Source: Oopsacas minuta (lineage: Eukaryota > Animalia > Porifera). From it: 64,000 nt of DNA. Each line of letters begins with the position of its first letter. Within the stretch, counting starts at the first letter, position 1. The notes under the pieces are model-generated. The model did no database searches. It saw only the letters and a program-made list of their open reading frames with translations, and was not told where the DNA came from. Location: contig JAKMXF010000255.1 of assembly GCA_024704765.1 (NCBI GenBank), positions 496,001 through 560,000 on the forward strand, written 5' to 3'. Both the position numbers and the translations under genes were made by a program. Of this stretch, positions 12,773-24,900 are shown piece by piece.

Positions 12773-15395
12773 ATGGACTCTGTTCGTGTTGGTATATCGA
12801 TGAGTTCTCCAGATCTCACTAATAACAATACTATCACACACAGCATAAAGCTATTTACTACAGGGTCCTGTGTGAATACTTCCCTTGAGAGTGATAGTAA
12901 CTCGGAACATGAAAAGTTCAAGAATTCTTGGTTGATGCGATTATTCGAGTCAGCATTCTTTGACATATCAATAGCACTCGGCTATCTCTTCAAAAGCAAG
13001 AGTCCCCCTGTACTAGAATATTTATGTTCACAGCTATATAACTTCCCTGCTAAGGACGTAGATTTCTATCTACCACAGCTAATCAACTTGTATCTCCGAG
13101 TTGATGAGTTAGCTGATCCACTAGAAGCATTCTTCCTGCATAGATGTGGTAAGAGTATAATATTCTCGCTGAAACTAGCTTGGCTATTGAACGCTTTTAC
13201 TAGAGAATCTTGGGCACCCACAGAGCTAGAAGCTAGAGGCACCAGACTAATGCTACTTATCCTCAGTGAACAGATACACAAAAGTAATGGAGTTATAGCT
13301 AAGAACGTACATCAGGTGAGGATTGTTATGAAGATTATTAATAAGAATAATATTGATAACCTAACTATTTCCTTAGCTATCACAACCTGTTATATCAGCT
13401 AAACAGTACAGTGATATCGGAGGAAGAGCTTCACCCTTTGATTTCAAACTCCCGCCTCCCCAGCACTCGTCATATCATCACAAACGTAGCCAATCAGCTG
13501 ATCTCAAGTTCGGATTAGCGTTTGACAACAATTGTCGCTGTCTCTACCCGAGAGACTGTCCGCTAACAGACCAGCCGAAATGTCCCTGTCAATCCCCCCA
13601 GCTGGTTGCTCAGAACGCATTCCTATTCTCCTTGTGTAGCCTTTCTCAGAGAATGGTATCTGTACCAGAGAAAGAGGGGAGAGCTCAGCAGCTACATGTG
13701 GGTCTCACTCAGATAAACCTGAACCTCCCTGCTAGAGTGTGTGTACCTCTAGGCTTCAAAGGTGTCAAAACACATCAAGTACGTTATCACTTTTTATAAT
13801 ACGTTCTGTATGTGTATATATATAGTATGCATACTCCGCTTAACTAGAGGTTTATCTGGTCACTTTACCAGAAACAAAACCACGTGAATTGTGTTATATT
13901 CGTATTAACAGGTGTCATCTTCAATATACATTGAAGGTTCCAAAATTTGTGTTCGTACTAACCAGAAATTCGTATCAATCCTGTTCGTACTAAGTTACTA
14001 GTTCTACTGTGTATATCTATGAATTAACTTTGGATACTCATCTACCGAAATACTATGTCAAACAGAGACAGTGCATTTCAGATACCAGACATGATATGGG
14101 TTATAACTTTAGGTTAACAGTATATACATACATATGTCTTAAGCCTTATAATGTATGTCTTTCAGGTACTGAGAATCCCTGGAGGAGAAGCAGTCCTACT
14201 CAACTCCAAATGCAAAGCTCCCTACCTCCTCTTTCTAGAAGTGTCACTCTGTGAGAGTACCTTCTACTCCAGCCTTCCCCCTCCATTCTCAAAGTCTTCT
14301 TGTACCTCTCCCAAACATAAAACAAGCTCTTCCATCTCTGCTCCATTCAATATAGACTCTATACCAGCTAGTATGCGTAGAAACCCTTCCTACAAATCTA
14401 TCCCTAATTCCAGTTATCCTTCAACAGCTGATATATTCTTCCAACCCTCTGATATACGAAAACGTCTCTTCAAGGAATCAACAGACACTAAGATACCTTA
14501 CTACTCCCAATCCTCTGATAAATCAGCTGTTACAATGAGTGAGCGTCTCCAGCAGAAGGAGGCACGCATTAGAGCTAGTTCCCCGTACTCTTACCTACCC
14601 AGCTGGAGACTGATTGGTGTAATTGTAAAGACAGATAATGATTTTAGACAGGAGCTGCTAGCTGTACAGCTGTTAGGACAGTTCTTGGAGGTATGGAAGA
14701 AGGAAGACCTCCCTCTCTGGGTGTATCCATACTCTGTAGTTGTGGTGTCAAATACTGCAGGTTTGATAGAGCCTATACAAGATGCTCTGTCTCTCCATCA
14801 GATAAAGTCTCAGACATCTGGTAGTCTGTTAGATTACTTCAGAGATGAGTTCGGACCTGAACAGTCTCCTCAGTTCTTAGAAGCTCAGAAAGAGTTCGCT
14901 AAGAGTTGTGCAGGTTACTGTCTATTCTCTTACTTCGTACAGCTAAAGGATAGACATAACGGGAACATACTACTCGACTCATCAGGACATCTTATACATA
15001 TTGACTTCGGATTTATGCTGTCTATCAGCCCCGGTAGTAACCTAGGCTTTGAGAGGTCTCCATTCAAACTGAATAAAGAATTCGTGGAAGTGATGGGTGG
15101 AGCTAAGGGAGAGAGTTTCGCATTTTACAAACAGCTGATGTTGGAAGGGTTCCTTGCCGCGAGAAAACACATGGAGCAAATAGTATTACTGATAGAGATT
15201 CTACAAACTGGGTGTCAGTTACCTTGCTTCTCTGGGGGGTCTGCTTACGTCAGAAGTTTGAAAGAGAGGTTTCACTTTGGTCTGACAGATGACAACTTAA
15301 CCTCTCTTATTGAAAGTATGGTAGACAGATCTATTACATCATGGACTACCAAATTATATGACAGTTATCAATACTACTCTAGTGGGATATTGTAG
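12773..15395 (+). CDS. PI4KB: Phosphatidylinositol 4-kinase III beta, 3 exons, about 724 aa
   Basis: Exons 12773-13315, 13377-13778, 14166-15395, all phase 0. Motifs WLMRLFES, VDFYLPQL, NLPARV, NSKCKAPY, VKTDNDFRQE, KDRHNGNIL, IHIDFGF, FERSPFKL and LYDSYQYYSSGIL. Confidence 0.95.
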
Positions 15396-16204
15396 CGATA
15401 CTTTATTAGATATTACACATGTATATATTTATATACTATATTGTATATCCGTGTATATAATTTATCACTTTTTATTTATGGGCTTACTAATATTAAATAT
15501 CTACATCTCCCAAAGTCGATGTTCCTTTCACATTATCTGAACTCAAATACCACAGAAACTATGCATTATCATATTCAAGTACTATGTTATCTTGGTCAGA
15601 TAACTCAAATCTTCCCTTATAAACATTATTACGCGCAGGGACATCCCCGGGATTTACATATCTGGTCACACGATCAAATGTTTGAGATGAGGTTGATAGC
15701 CCGTTGCGCAATATTATGGCGTCATCATAGCATCACTTAGCTGATTAGTGATTTACATTAGATTAGATATTAGAACCTTGTTAGTACTTAGTAAACCAGG
15801 ATCACGATTTCATGCCTACACAGACTACAGAATTCATACACCCAAAGTTACCAGCATTTGCAACCCAAACTTGAATTACTATTTCATACTTACAAAGCTT
15901 TTGTAACTGTTTCCTTTGATATTTTTCTCGGAATCTTTCTAATTATATATGCAAAAAATATGAATTTGTCAGTCATTTATGAGAAGAAAGCCAGAAACAT
16001 CCAATTTTATCCCTCCATGTTTGTAAGTATGCCATTTTTATAACTTTCGAATGATTCGTCATTATTTTGCGAAAAATCTACTCTGTGTTAAAGTCAAAAA
16101 TTATGTATAACCATATAACTACGTATTGTTATTTTATCACTATATTTCAATAAATTGGGCTATTTGGGGTCTATGAGAATCTCTAGTATTTTCATAGCAC
16201 ACTA

Positions 16205-16375
16205 CAGGTAAACCTCTAAAATCGGAACCTCCGAGATATGACAACTTCCAAGATATGATACAAACCATTCTCCTGATTGACCTTCATATAATTTATTGCT
16301 ATATATGGGGGAAACCTCTAAAAATCCGGTACAAGCGCTGGCTCCCAAAAGTGCAGCATTTCGGAGGTTTACCTG
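16205..16375. mobile_element. Tc1/pogo-like MITE
   Basis: TIR CAGGTAAACCTC / GAGGTTTACCTG flanked by TA on both sides; 171 bp, non-coding. Confidence 0.85.
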
Positions 16376-16864
16376 TATGCTAAATCGTTCATTTCACTAT
16401 TGAATTGTGATATTTTTACGAATCTCATAATTATGAAAGAATAACAAAGGAATAGAAAAACTGTACGTACTCATCTATAATTCCTTATCTTTCGTACGTA
16501 TACTAACAACAAGGATTGATATTTAAATAAAATGCGTAATTAGAAATTTTACCCAGCTGAGATGATGGAGGTGGAGCTCTTAATCAAGTTTCTAATCAAC
16601 ATTACGTTATTAGAAGGAATGATATTCTTTTACGTATAATTACATCCTCCAATCAGTGGCTTCACTATCCACAACCTATTTTTAGACTACCGTCACGTTT
16701 CCAAGCGATATTTTGGTTATCCAATATTCCTAGTATTTATTCTATAGGCATAATCATGCACATAAATACTCAATTACATTAATTCTATTTCTAATCACTA
16801 GATTGTATTTCTGTGTATTTATCCTCCTTCAATCCGTTCTATAATTATCTGAAAATTCGTGAAA

Positions 16865-18461
16865 ATGACTATGAAATGGGAATTCAAAGAGACTTATACC
16901 TTTGGTTAGTCTAAAATTATAATTACTAAAAACATTTTCTACTTTTTTATTGTATTATCTCTATTGTAGAGGCTAGATGTAAGGAATCTGCTAAAATTCT
17001 AATGAAATATAATGACAGAATACCTGTAAGTTGTCATTTTATTATAAAAACCTGATAAGCAATTGCTTTATGCTATTATTATTTCACTCTTACTAACTAG
17101 GTTATTGTAGAGAAAGTAGTGAAGTCCGTAATCCCTGATATCGACAAGAAAAAGTTCTTAGTTCCCTCTGATCTCAGTGGTGAGTTAGTTATTCATCACT
17201 AGTTTCAAATTATTATTTCATTTATTCGATTATAATGTAATCATAAGACAGAAAACAATTTTCATTAACCAATATTTGGGGGTACAGTGGAGTTTGCCTA
17301 TTTGCAAGTCGTATTTTGCACGAATTTCCCTTGCTAATATGCGAAGTTCGCGCGTTCCAGAGTTATAGAAGTGGCCATGGATGGCATATTTTTGCCAATA
17401 TTCACCAATAACTTGACAACTCCAATGCTATGGCCAAATCATCTAACATACATATAGTATATATCTGACTTCCCATACCCTGATAATACAGTTTGATACG
17501 ATAACTCGAAATAATACTGCCGAGTCATCAATATATGGTCATTTTCAAGATTGTGTCATAACCATCAGAGATATCATATAAAAATGGCCTGAAAGCAGTT
17601 TGTAAATGTAGACTCCGAGTGATGTCAAATGTCAATAATACATTTGTTCAGGCCAAATGTAAAGTTTAATTTATCGCAACTAATAGAATTCCTTAGCACT
17701 CACTTGACGTATCTCTGGTCCAAGTCCATCAATCAGTACCATTCCCTAAAACCATCAAGGCAAATTATAATCTCTTTACTCACTAGTGCGAATGTGTTAA
17801 ACGAATTCTCATAATTAACCATTTTATCTCTTTGTGCTGCTGAGCTCGATACTTCTAATTTATAGCCAAAATAATCTATTCTTAAGATTTCTATAAATAT
17901 ATATTATATCCATAATGCTCTTCTAGTTGCTCAATTCATGTATATCATCCGACGAAGGATCCAACTTCCCCCTGAGAAAGCTATGTTCTTGTTTGTCAAC
18001 AAGGTTCTACCCACCACAAGGTATTTTTTTCCTACTTAGTATACTTCGTCATTTGCTTACAATGATAACACGTATTGTATCTTTTGGAACTCGGGAAAGG
18101 GCAGCAATTACTAATTATGTTATCTATCCTCCATGATTTAAATCCGGTTTCACTTATTCCGGTACCTCAAAAAAGTGTCATATTTATCAGTTGAGCATAC
18201 AGCAGACCTGCTATAACAGTCAATGTACCTTCAGCTCTTAAGCTATTATTTGATGCTATTAACACATATAATTATGAAATGCATTCTCTAATACATTCAA
18301 GCATAAATACGCAGTATAAAATAGTATAACTCTCTAATATTATTTATTTACCACCTAGTGCTCCGATGGGTCAGATTTACGAGGAGAACAAGGATGAAGA
18401 CGGATTCTTATACATAGCCTACAGCGGAGAGAATACATTCGGACAACCGATTCCTTTTTAA
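16865..18461 (+). CDS. GABARAPL2: ATG8-family protein, GABARAPL2/GATE-16 type, 5 exons
   Basis: Exons 16865(or 16871)-16904, 16970-17025, 17101-17179, 17927-18020, 18359-18461 give [36 protein letters not shown]...[40 protein letters not shown]...[22 protein letters not shown]. Missed by the ORF track. Confidence 0.92.
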
Positions 18462-18991
18462 ACAGAATCATTACCTTACTGACTCTGTTATTATACTATG
18501 TGTTATGTTATTAATAGCTGCTATGTTCTCAATAGCTATTATATTGTATGCTTTGATGAGAGACATAGACAGTCTACGTTGTTGTGCTCTTTTAACTGAT
18601 CTTGCTTTTATTCATTAAACATATGATGTGTTGTGTTACGTCATTATCTTGTTATGATTTGTGCTAATTAACAAGACATCTTATTTGTGGATTAATTGGT
18701 CAGGGTATAGCGCGAGACGCCGTCCAGGCGTATGATTAGGGGTAATAATACTTATTAGGACATTTACCGTAACAATCAGTGTTCCACAACCTTTTGAATC
18801 TTAAAGCCAAATTATTTTAACCCAAAACTTGTGTCGGTTCTAATTTAATTTTCCTAAAATTTCTGTAATTCAGGGCGATTACATTATTACTAGATTTGGT
18901 CATATATTACACGTACTTTATCTAAGTTTGTAGAGCTACTGAGCTAGCATTCGTTGATGTAAGTATCTTAAGATATATGAATTGTGAATGA

Positions 18992-21900
18992 ATGGCTGAG
19001 ATATATTCAGACAATGTAGATGATTCTGAGAGTACTCCAGGAGATAAAGCATGTCTATGGTAAGCAGTCAGTTTAGTTATATATTCACCCTCTTGTGACA
19101 TCATAATTTACATTCAAATGTTGAACTTTACAATTCTCATGTGTGTAGCATTTACTAGTGATTCTAAATCATATTATTACTCTATATCTTAGGACATCAA
19201 TATTAGAAAATGTGTCCAAGAGTTCTACTCATATGCCTGAGTCCAAAAACGTTATATTACTAGGTGAGTATATATTTCCTGTATTATGTAATATAAGGGC
19301 TAGTATATGCTGATTAAAGTGAAACTGTGTTAGCTAGAGATTCCGCTACAGCTTCTCCACTTACTCAGTGATTCAAATATAGATTATAAAAGTTAGCAGC
19401 TAAATTAAATCCATAAATTTCATGAATTTTCTCAGATTTGATATGATTGTCACCCAAATGAATTTACCCTAGATTAGTGGCTATATCTGCTTGGATGTTT
19501 CCGCGGCGGACTTTCCGCTATTCCTTTAAAGATTCAATTATACATGCTTACTCTCTCCATTTGTTATTAATTATAGCTTATTAATCTATCCGATACTAGG
19601 TACTGAGAATTCTGGAAAGAATTCATTGATAGAGAAATTAATTCAGAGGAAGAAGAGAGAGTTTGCTCTCCCTCAACTCAAGCAGAAGAATGCTCTGTCA
19701 TTCAATCACATGCCAGCTGTAGATGAAGCTACTGAAGGTAACCTAATACAGCATACTCTCCTGTATACGAATTCGTGCCTTGTAGCCGAATGACTTTATA
19801 CTTAATCAGGCACAAAATATATTGCCTTGGCCTATGCCTGGGTCCAGATAAGATACTGTATTCTGTATATTGGTACAACCTCTATTACCCACGTCTGAAC
19901 TAGTTACATCACTGACGTTAATATAGTTACTTTTTGAAATCGTTGCTTACAAACTGTAAACAATTATCTCTAGTCTTTGTCAGTTGATGGATTTTGTGGA
20001 GTACCATTAGCATCATAAACTTTATGTGTCGCTCCTTTGTATTGCTCAGAGTCCCAGACATGATTTAAGGCCGAAATATCGGTCAATTGGGTTACGACCT
20101 GACCTCGAAATTGATATCAATGAATATGATAACATATCATATATGTGGTACCAGGGATACTTGGCTCCGTTCATTTCATGTGTGATCGCCACTGATCGGT
20201 GTGATAATATTCGCCTACATAGACCTGCATGTTATAGCATAAATATGAGATAGTTTTCTTGTGTCTTGTTGAAATCACATGTATATAGTCCATATAAAAC
20301 AGTACGACTTCTTACCATACTGATTTACTACTGTAATTCAACCGTGTATAGTTACCATAGTACCCACCAGTATTTTACAACTGCTTTAGGCTATCTCGTG
20401 AGTTGTTGTTATATCTTAACTGTCCTTGCTCCATTGATTTATCTGAGTTATTCCTTCTTATTGTGAAACCCCATTTCTGGATCATAGTTGACTAAGAGTT
20501 TCCAATTTAGTAATTCTGATATATATTAGTATTTATACTATTTCTATTCTCTCAGATTTGTTAGCACAGATGGCATTCTGGAATGTAAGTGGACATGGAG
20601 ATTTGAAGAACGCTTTTCAGTTTATTTTAAGATCAGACAACCTTTCCAAGAGTTTAGTTATGATATTAGTTGACATGTCGGAACCATGGACTATATTAGA
20701 GAGTTTAGAGAAGTGGACAGCTCTTATTAGCTCCTTCATTGACTCTCTGGGGATAGATCCACGTAAACTCAAAGATTTAGAAGAGAAAGGTAAATGTATT
20801 ATTAGAATTACATATGTATAATGAGGATTTATCAATACTGTTTTGTATGACACTACTCCTCTCTAATTATGGGACATTTTGAAATTCCAAAATGAAATGC
20901 CTTATTCGACGAGGAGATTGCTTATACAGGGCGATCTGACTAAAGCGCTTCAATGACAATGAAACAAGTTTAATCGTATCGATATATTATAATACTGATG
21001 AAGAGTATATTTGAAACACACACATAGGTATAACATAAATTATCCTGACATCCGTTAAATAACTATTCGGATAATCGGATAGTTGTGATCGCGTAAATAT
21101 CCAGATTCCAAGCCCTTATACCAACCATGGACGGTGCCCTGTCAAAACAATTATATTTCTAAACAAATACTCAACATACATACATAATGGTTTCTAGTGT
21201 TCCTAAGTATTTAGTATCAGCCCATAGAAATAATCTAATTAACTTTCGATTAATCGGGAACTCAGCTTAATTGGGACACATTTGCTTAGAATAAAAGTGT
21301 CCGAATTATGCGGAGTCAACTGCAGGGATATCCCAGGATTGCGAAATACTATTTAAAATCGCATACCATATATCCAATCCTTGACAACGGACAAAGGATA
21401 GACACACAGACAGAGAACAATGGAGATTGAATAATATAGAATTAGATTATTAGAAGCGATATTATAGTATATTTTGTGTTCTCTTAATTATTAATTAATT
21501 AATAATGTAAATTAAAACAAATTGGGAGAATTGTACTAAGTATATTTCATCATGAACGATATATTTATAAACGGATATTTGTGCATGGAGGATAATTCCA
21601 AACCTTAGTTGGCATTGTATATTCCATTCTGGGGGCGTAAACTTGGGGTATGCGGCGGGTGCCTAGCACCCTGGCGGCTGTGATGCCATGGTGCCAAGGT
21701 GTCTGGCACCCTAGCATTTTCAAACCGAACTAACCCCACAAACTCAATTTGGCAGGTGGCGAGCGAAGAAATTTTCTCTTAACAAAAAATTAAAAGACAA
21801 GTAAGGTTTCCTAGTTTTGTGTCTGTTATCATCCCAACAGCAAATCTTGCCTGTTGCTCATTCCTCATTACGAAATGAAGTATTCTCACAAAATGAAATA

Positions 21901-24900
21901 TTTATTCAGAAAAATATATAACTAGAGAATGAACAGTGTCGTGGAACCCTGTGTGTTTTGACGAAGTTTACGCCGGTGTTCCATTCTACTCGCTTGTTTG
22001 ACTGTTGTGTAACACAAACATGAAGTTATGATCAGTTAATTTTTTATTCTTTTATTTCAGATACTCGTGTGTTGCGCCCTTCTCTATTTGAATTCCCAAT
22101 TTATATTTTGAATAGGAGTTTCTAATCAGCACCTAGGTTGCTATACACAAACCCTCCAGCAACCTTGTGTGATTAACATCACTAAATACGTTGGATTATG
22201 GATATGTAGTAACCTAGGTTGCTGGTTAGAAACCCCTTTAGAATAACTGTTATTATGTATAATAATCCCAGGTTAATTATTTGTCCACTTATAGTTGTAC
22301 ACGACTACCAGACCTACTCAGACCCAGTAGACTCTAACTTGAGAAACGTATCTCCTGGAGGACAGCAAATTGGTTCCTCCTCCCCCTCTGGTAGAGTACT
22401 ACTACCCCTAGGAGATAATGTACTTACAAACAATATTGGCATTCCACTTATAGTGTTGGTAACTAAAGTGAGTTGATAATATTTCATATTACTCTTACTT
22501 TCATCCTAACTTGAATTGTATACAAATAGACAGACGTAATGACAGATTTAGAGAAGGACTTTGATTACAAAGATGAGCATTTTGATTTTATACAACAGAA
22601 GATTAGGAATTTCTGTTTACGACGTGAGTTAACACATTGTTAGTCATTATCACATACTACAGTTAACATCCGGTTACTGAACCCCATGTGAAATCAAAAT
22701 CTGTTCGAGTTAACGGGCATTCGAGTTACAGGATATTGACTGTATCTTTTTATATGTCTACATGAGTAATATTATACAAACTTTCATTACTTGCCTCATT
22801 CGTTTTGTATGATAATTGTGCAACAAATTTCGTAGTTACCTCAGTTGCTATTTGGCATGCTCTTGGGTGAGGTTAATTTTAACATATTCCACTATCCTAG
22901 AATGTACAAATATTCCTTCCAGTTTGTAAATTATCCTATTACAGATGGAGCAGCTCTATTCTATACATCAGTTAAGGAAGACAAGAATATATCTCTGTTA
23001 TACCAGTATATTGTACACAAAATGTATAGACTACCTTTCCCTTACACAGCTTCTGTTGTTGATAGAGATAGCATTTTCATGTGAGTTGTTATTTATTTGT
23101 ATTTACGATACTCAAAAGTAATTTTTGGCTAATGGTAGCTGTGGCTCATCGCTGGATTACAGCACTATTGAAATTGTCTAGATTCAAGCACTGCAATGCA
23201 TAGCATCCCTAATTATATTTTCACCAGCTCAGCCGAGAACCTCTTTAAATCATTTGGTGATATTTTATTGTAAATTTTATTTGTACAAGCGTAAGCAATG
23301 TTGAATGTTCGGTGCTGTTAAAACATCTCACTTATGTTTGTAAATCGTGATCTTCCAATAATGATCTAACGTAAGTATCCTGAATGAAAGAACATGTACC
23401 ATATCCTCAGGGAATATTACTGAGTAAATACTATCATTAACAGTAGCTTTCCAATCCAGCATTAAACATTCTCCATATCATTTGCATATCTCACAGATTT
23501 TAAATATAGTCACAAGCTATGCAGTACTCAGAATTTTCTGAAGGCGTATTTACAGATAATATTATTATCCTTCACATAGATATCTATCCTCCTAATATAT
23601 CAGATAGCTTATTGTGATAGGACTAAGTTATTTCAAATTCTACTATTAATATTCTATTGAAATGTAAAACACTATAATAATTATTACCTTTGATTTGAGA
23701 ATGAAGTTAATACATATTCTTGTTATTTTGCTATCTTCTCTCCTCATAATAGAGAGTCAGTCAGATTGTGATACCATTGGTACTTTGAGAAGCAAAACTA
23801 GGCGATTCTTTATTGTTGAATATTATACTGTTCAGGTCTGCTCTGATATTACTGATTCATTGAAATGGACTTATATCTGCTACGATTCTTATTGGAATTT
23901 GAATAGTCTCGACATTTATTGTAGAGAGTTTGGTTTTCAGAGTGCGAAAATCGTTTCAGATCTTGATACAAATTCTTATAGAACAACTTATAATTATGAG
24001 TATGGAACAGAGAAAATCGACAATGTTAACTGTACAGGGGATGAAGAGACACTTCTTGATTGTAACTATGATACTACAACCTCTTCTTGTAACCTCATAG
24101 AGTATAATCCATCAGACCATTGTACTAATGATTCGATTCCAATTAATACCACAACCCAACCCATTACTTCATCCACTACTAGTCTTCCACCGGAAACTAC
24201 AACCCAACCCATTAATTCATCCACTACTAGTCTTCCACCGGAAACTACAACCCAACCCATTAATTCATCCACTACTAGTCTTCCACCGGAAACTACAACT
24301 CAACCCATTAATTCATCCACTGCTAGTCTTCCACCGGAAACTACAACTCAACCCATTAATTCATCCACTGCTAGTCTTCCACCGGAAACTACAACTCAAC
24401 CCATTAATTCATCCACTACTAGTCTTCCACCGGAAACTACAACTCAACCCATTAATTCATCCACTGCTAGTCTTCCACCGGAAACTACAACTCAACCCAT
24501 TAATTCATCCACTGCTAGTCTTCCACCGGAAACTACAACTCAACCCATTAATTCATCCACTACTAGTCTTCCACCGGAAACTACAACTCAATCCATTAAT
24601 TCATCCACTACTAGTCTTCCACCGGAAACTACAACTCAATCCATTAATTCATCCACTGCTAGTCTTCCACCGGAAACTACAACTCAACCCATTAATTCGT
24701 CCACTGCTAGTCTTCCACCGGAAACTACAACTCAATCCATTAATTCATCCACTACTAGTCTTCCATCGGAAACTACAACTCAACCCATTAATTCATCCAC
24801 TACTAGTCTTCCACCGGAAACTACAACCCAATCCATTACTTCATCCACCACAAAATCACCTGATACTTCAACTTTATTTGTTGTTTCTACTGACTCCCCT

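Noticed and set aside
17440-17860. Possible hAT transposase fossil (minus strand) in ATG8 intron 3
   Set aside because: Only vague similarity, with multiple stops and no termini.
19960-20490. Coding-like minus-strand stretch in DLIC intron 3
   Set aside because: Interrupted by stops in all frames, with no recognisable motif.
24148-24852. Regular repeat superficially like a CRISPR array
   Set aside because: No unique spacers; it is an in-frame coding minisatellite in a eukaryotic gene.
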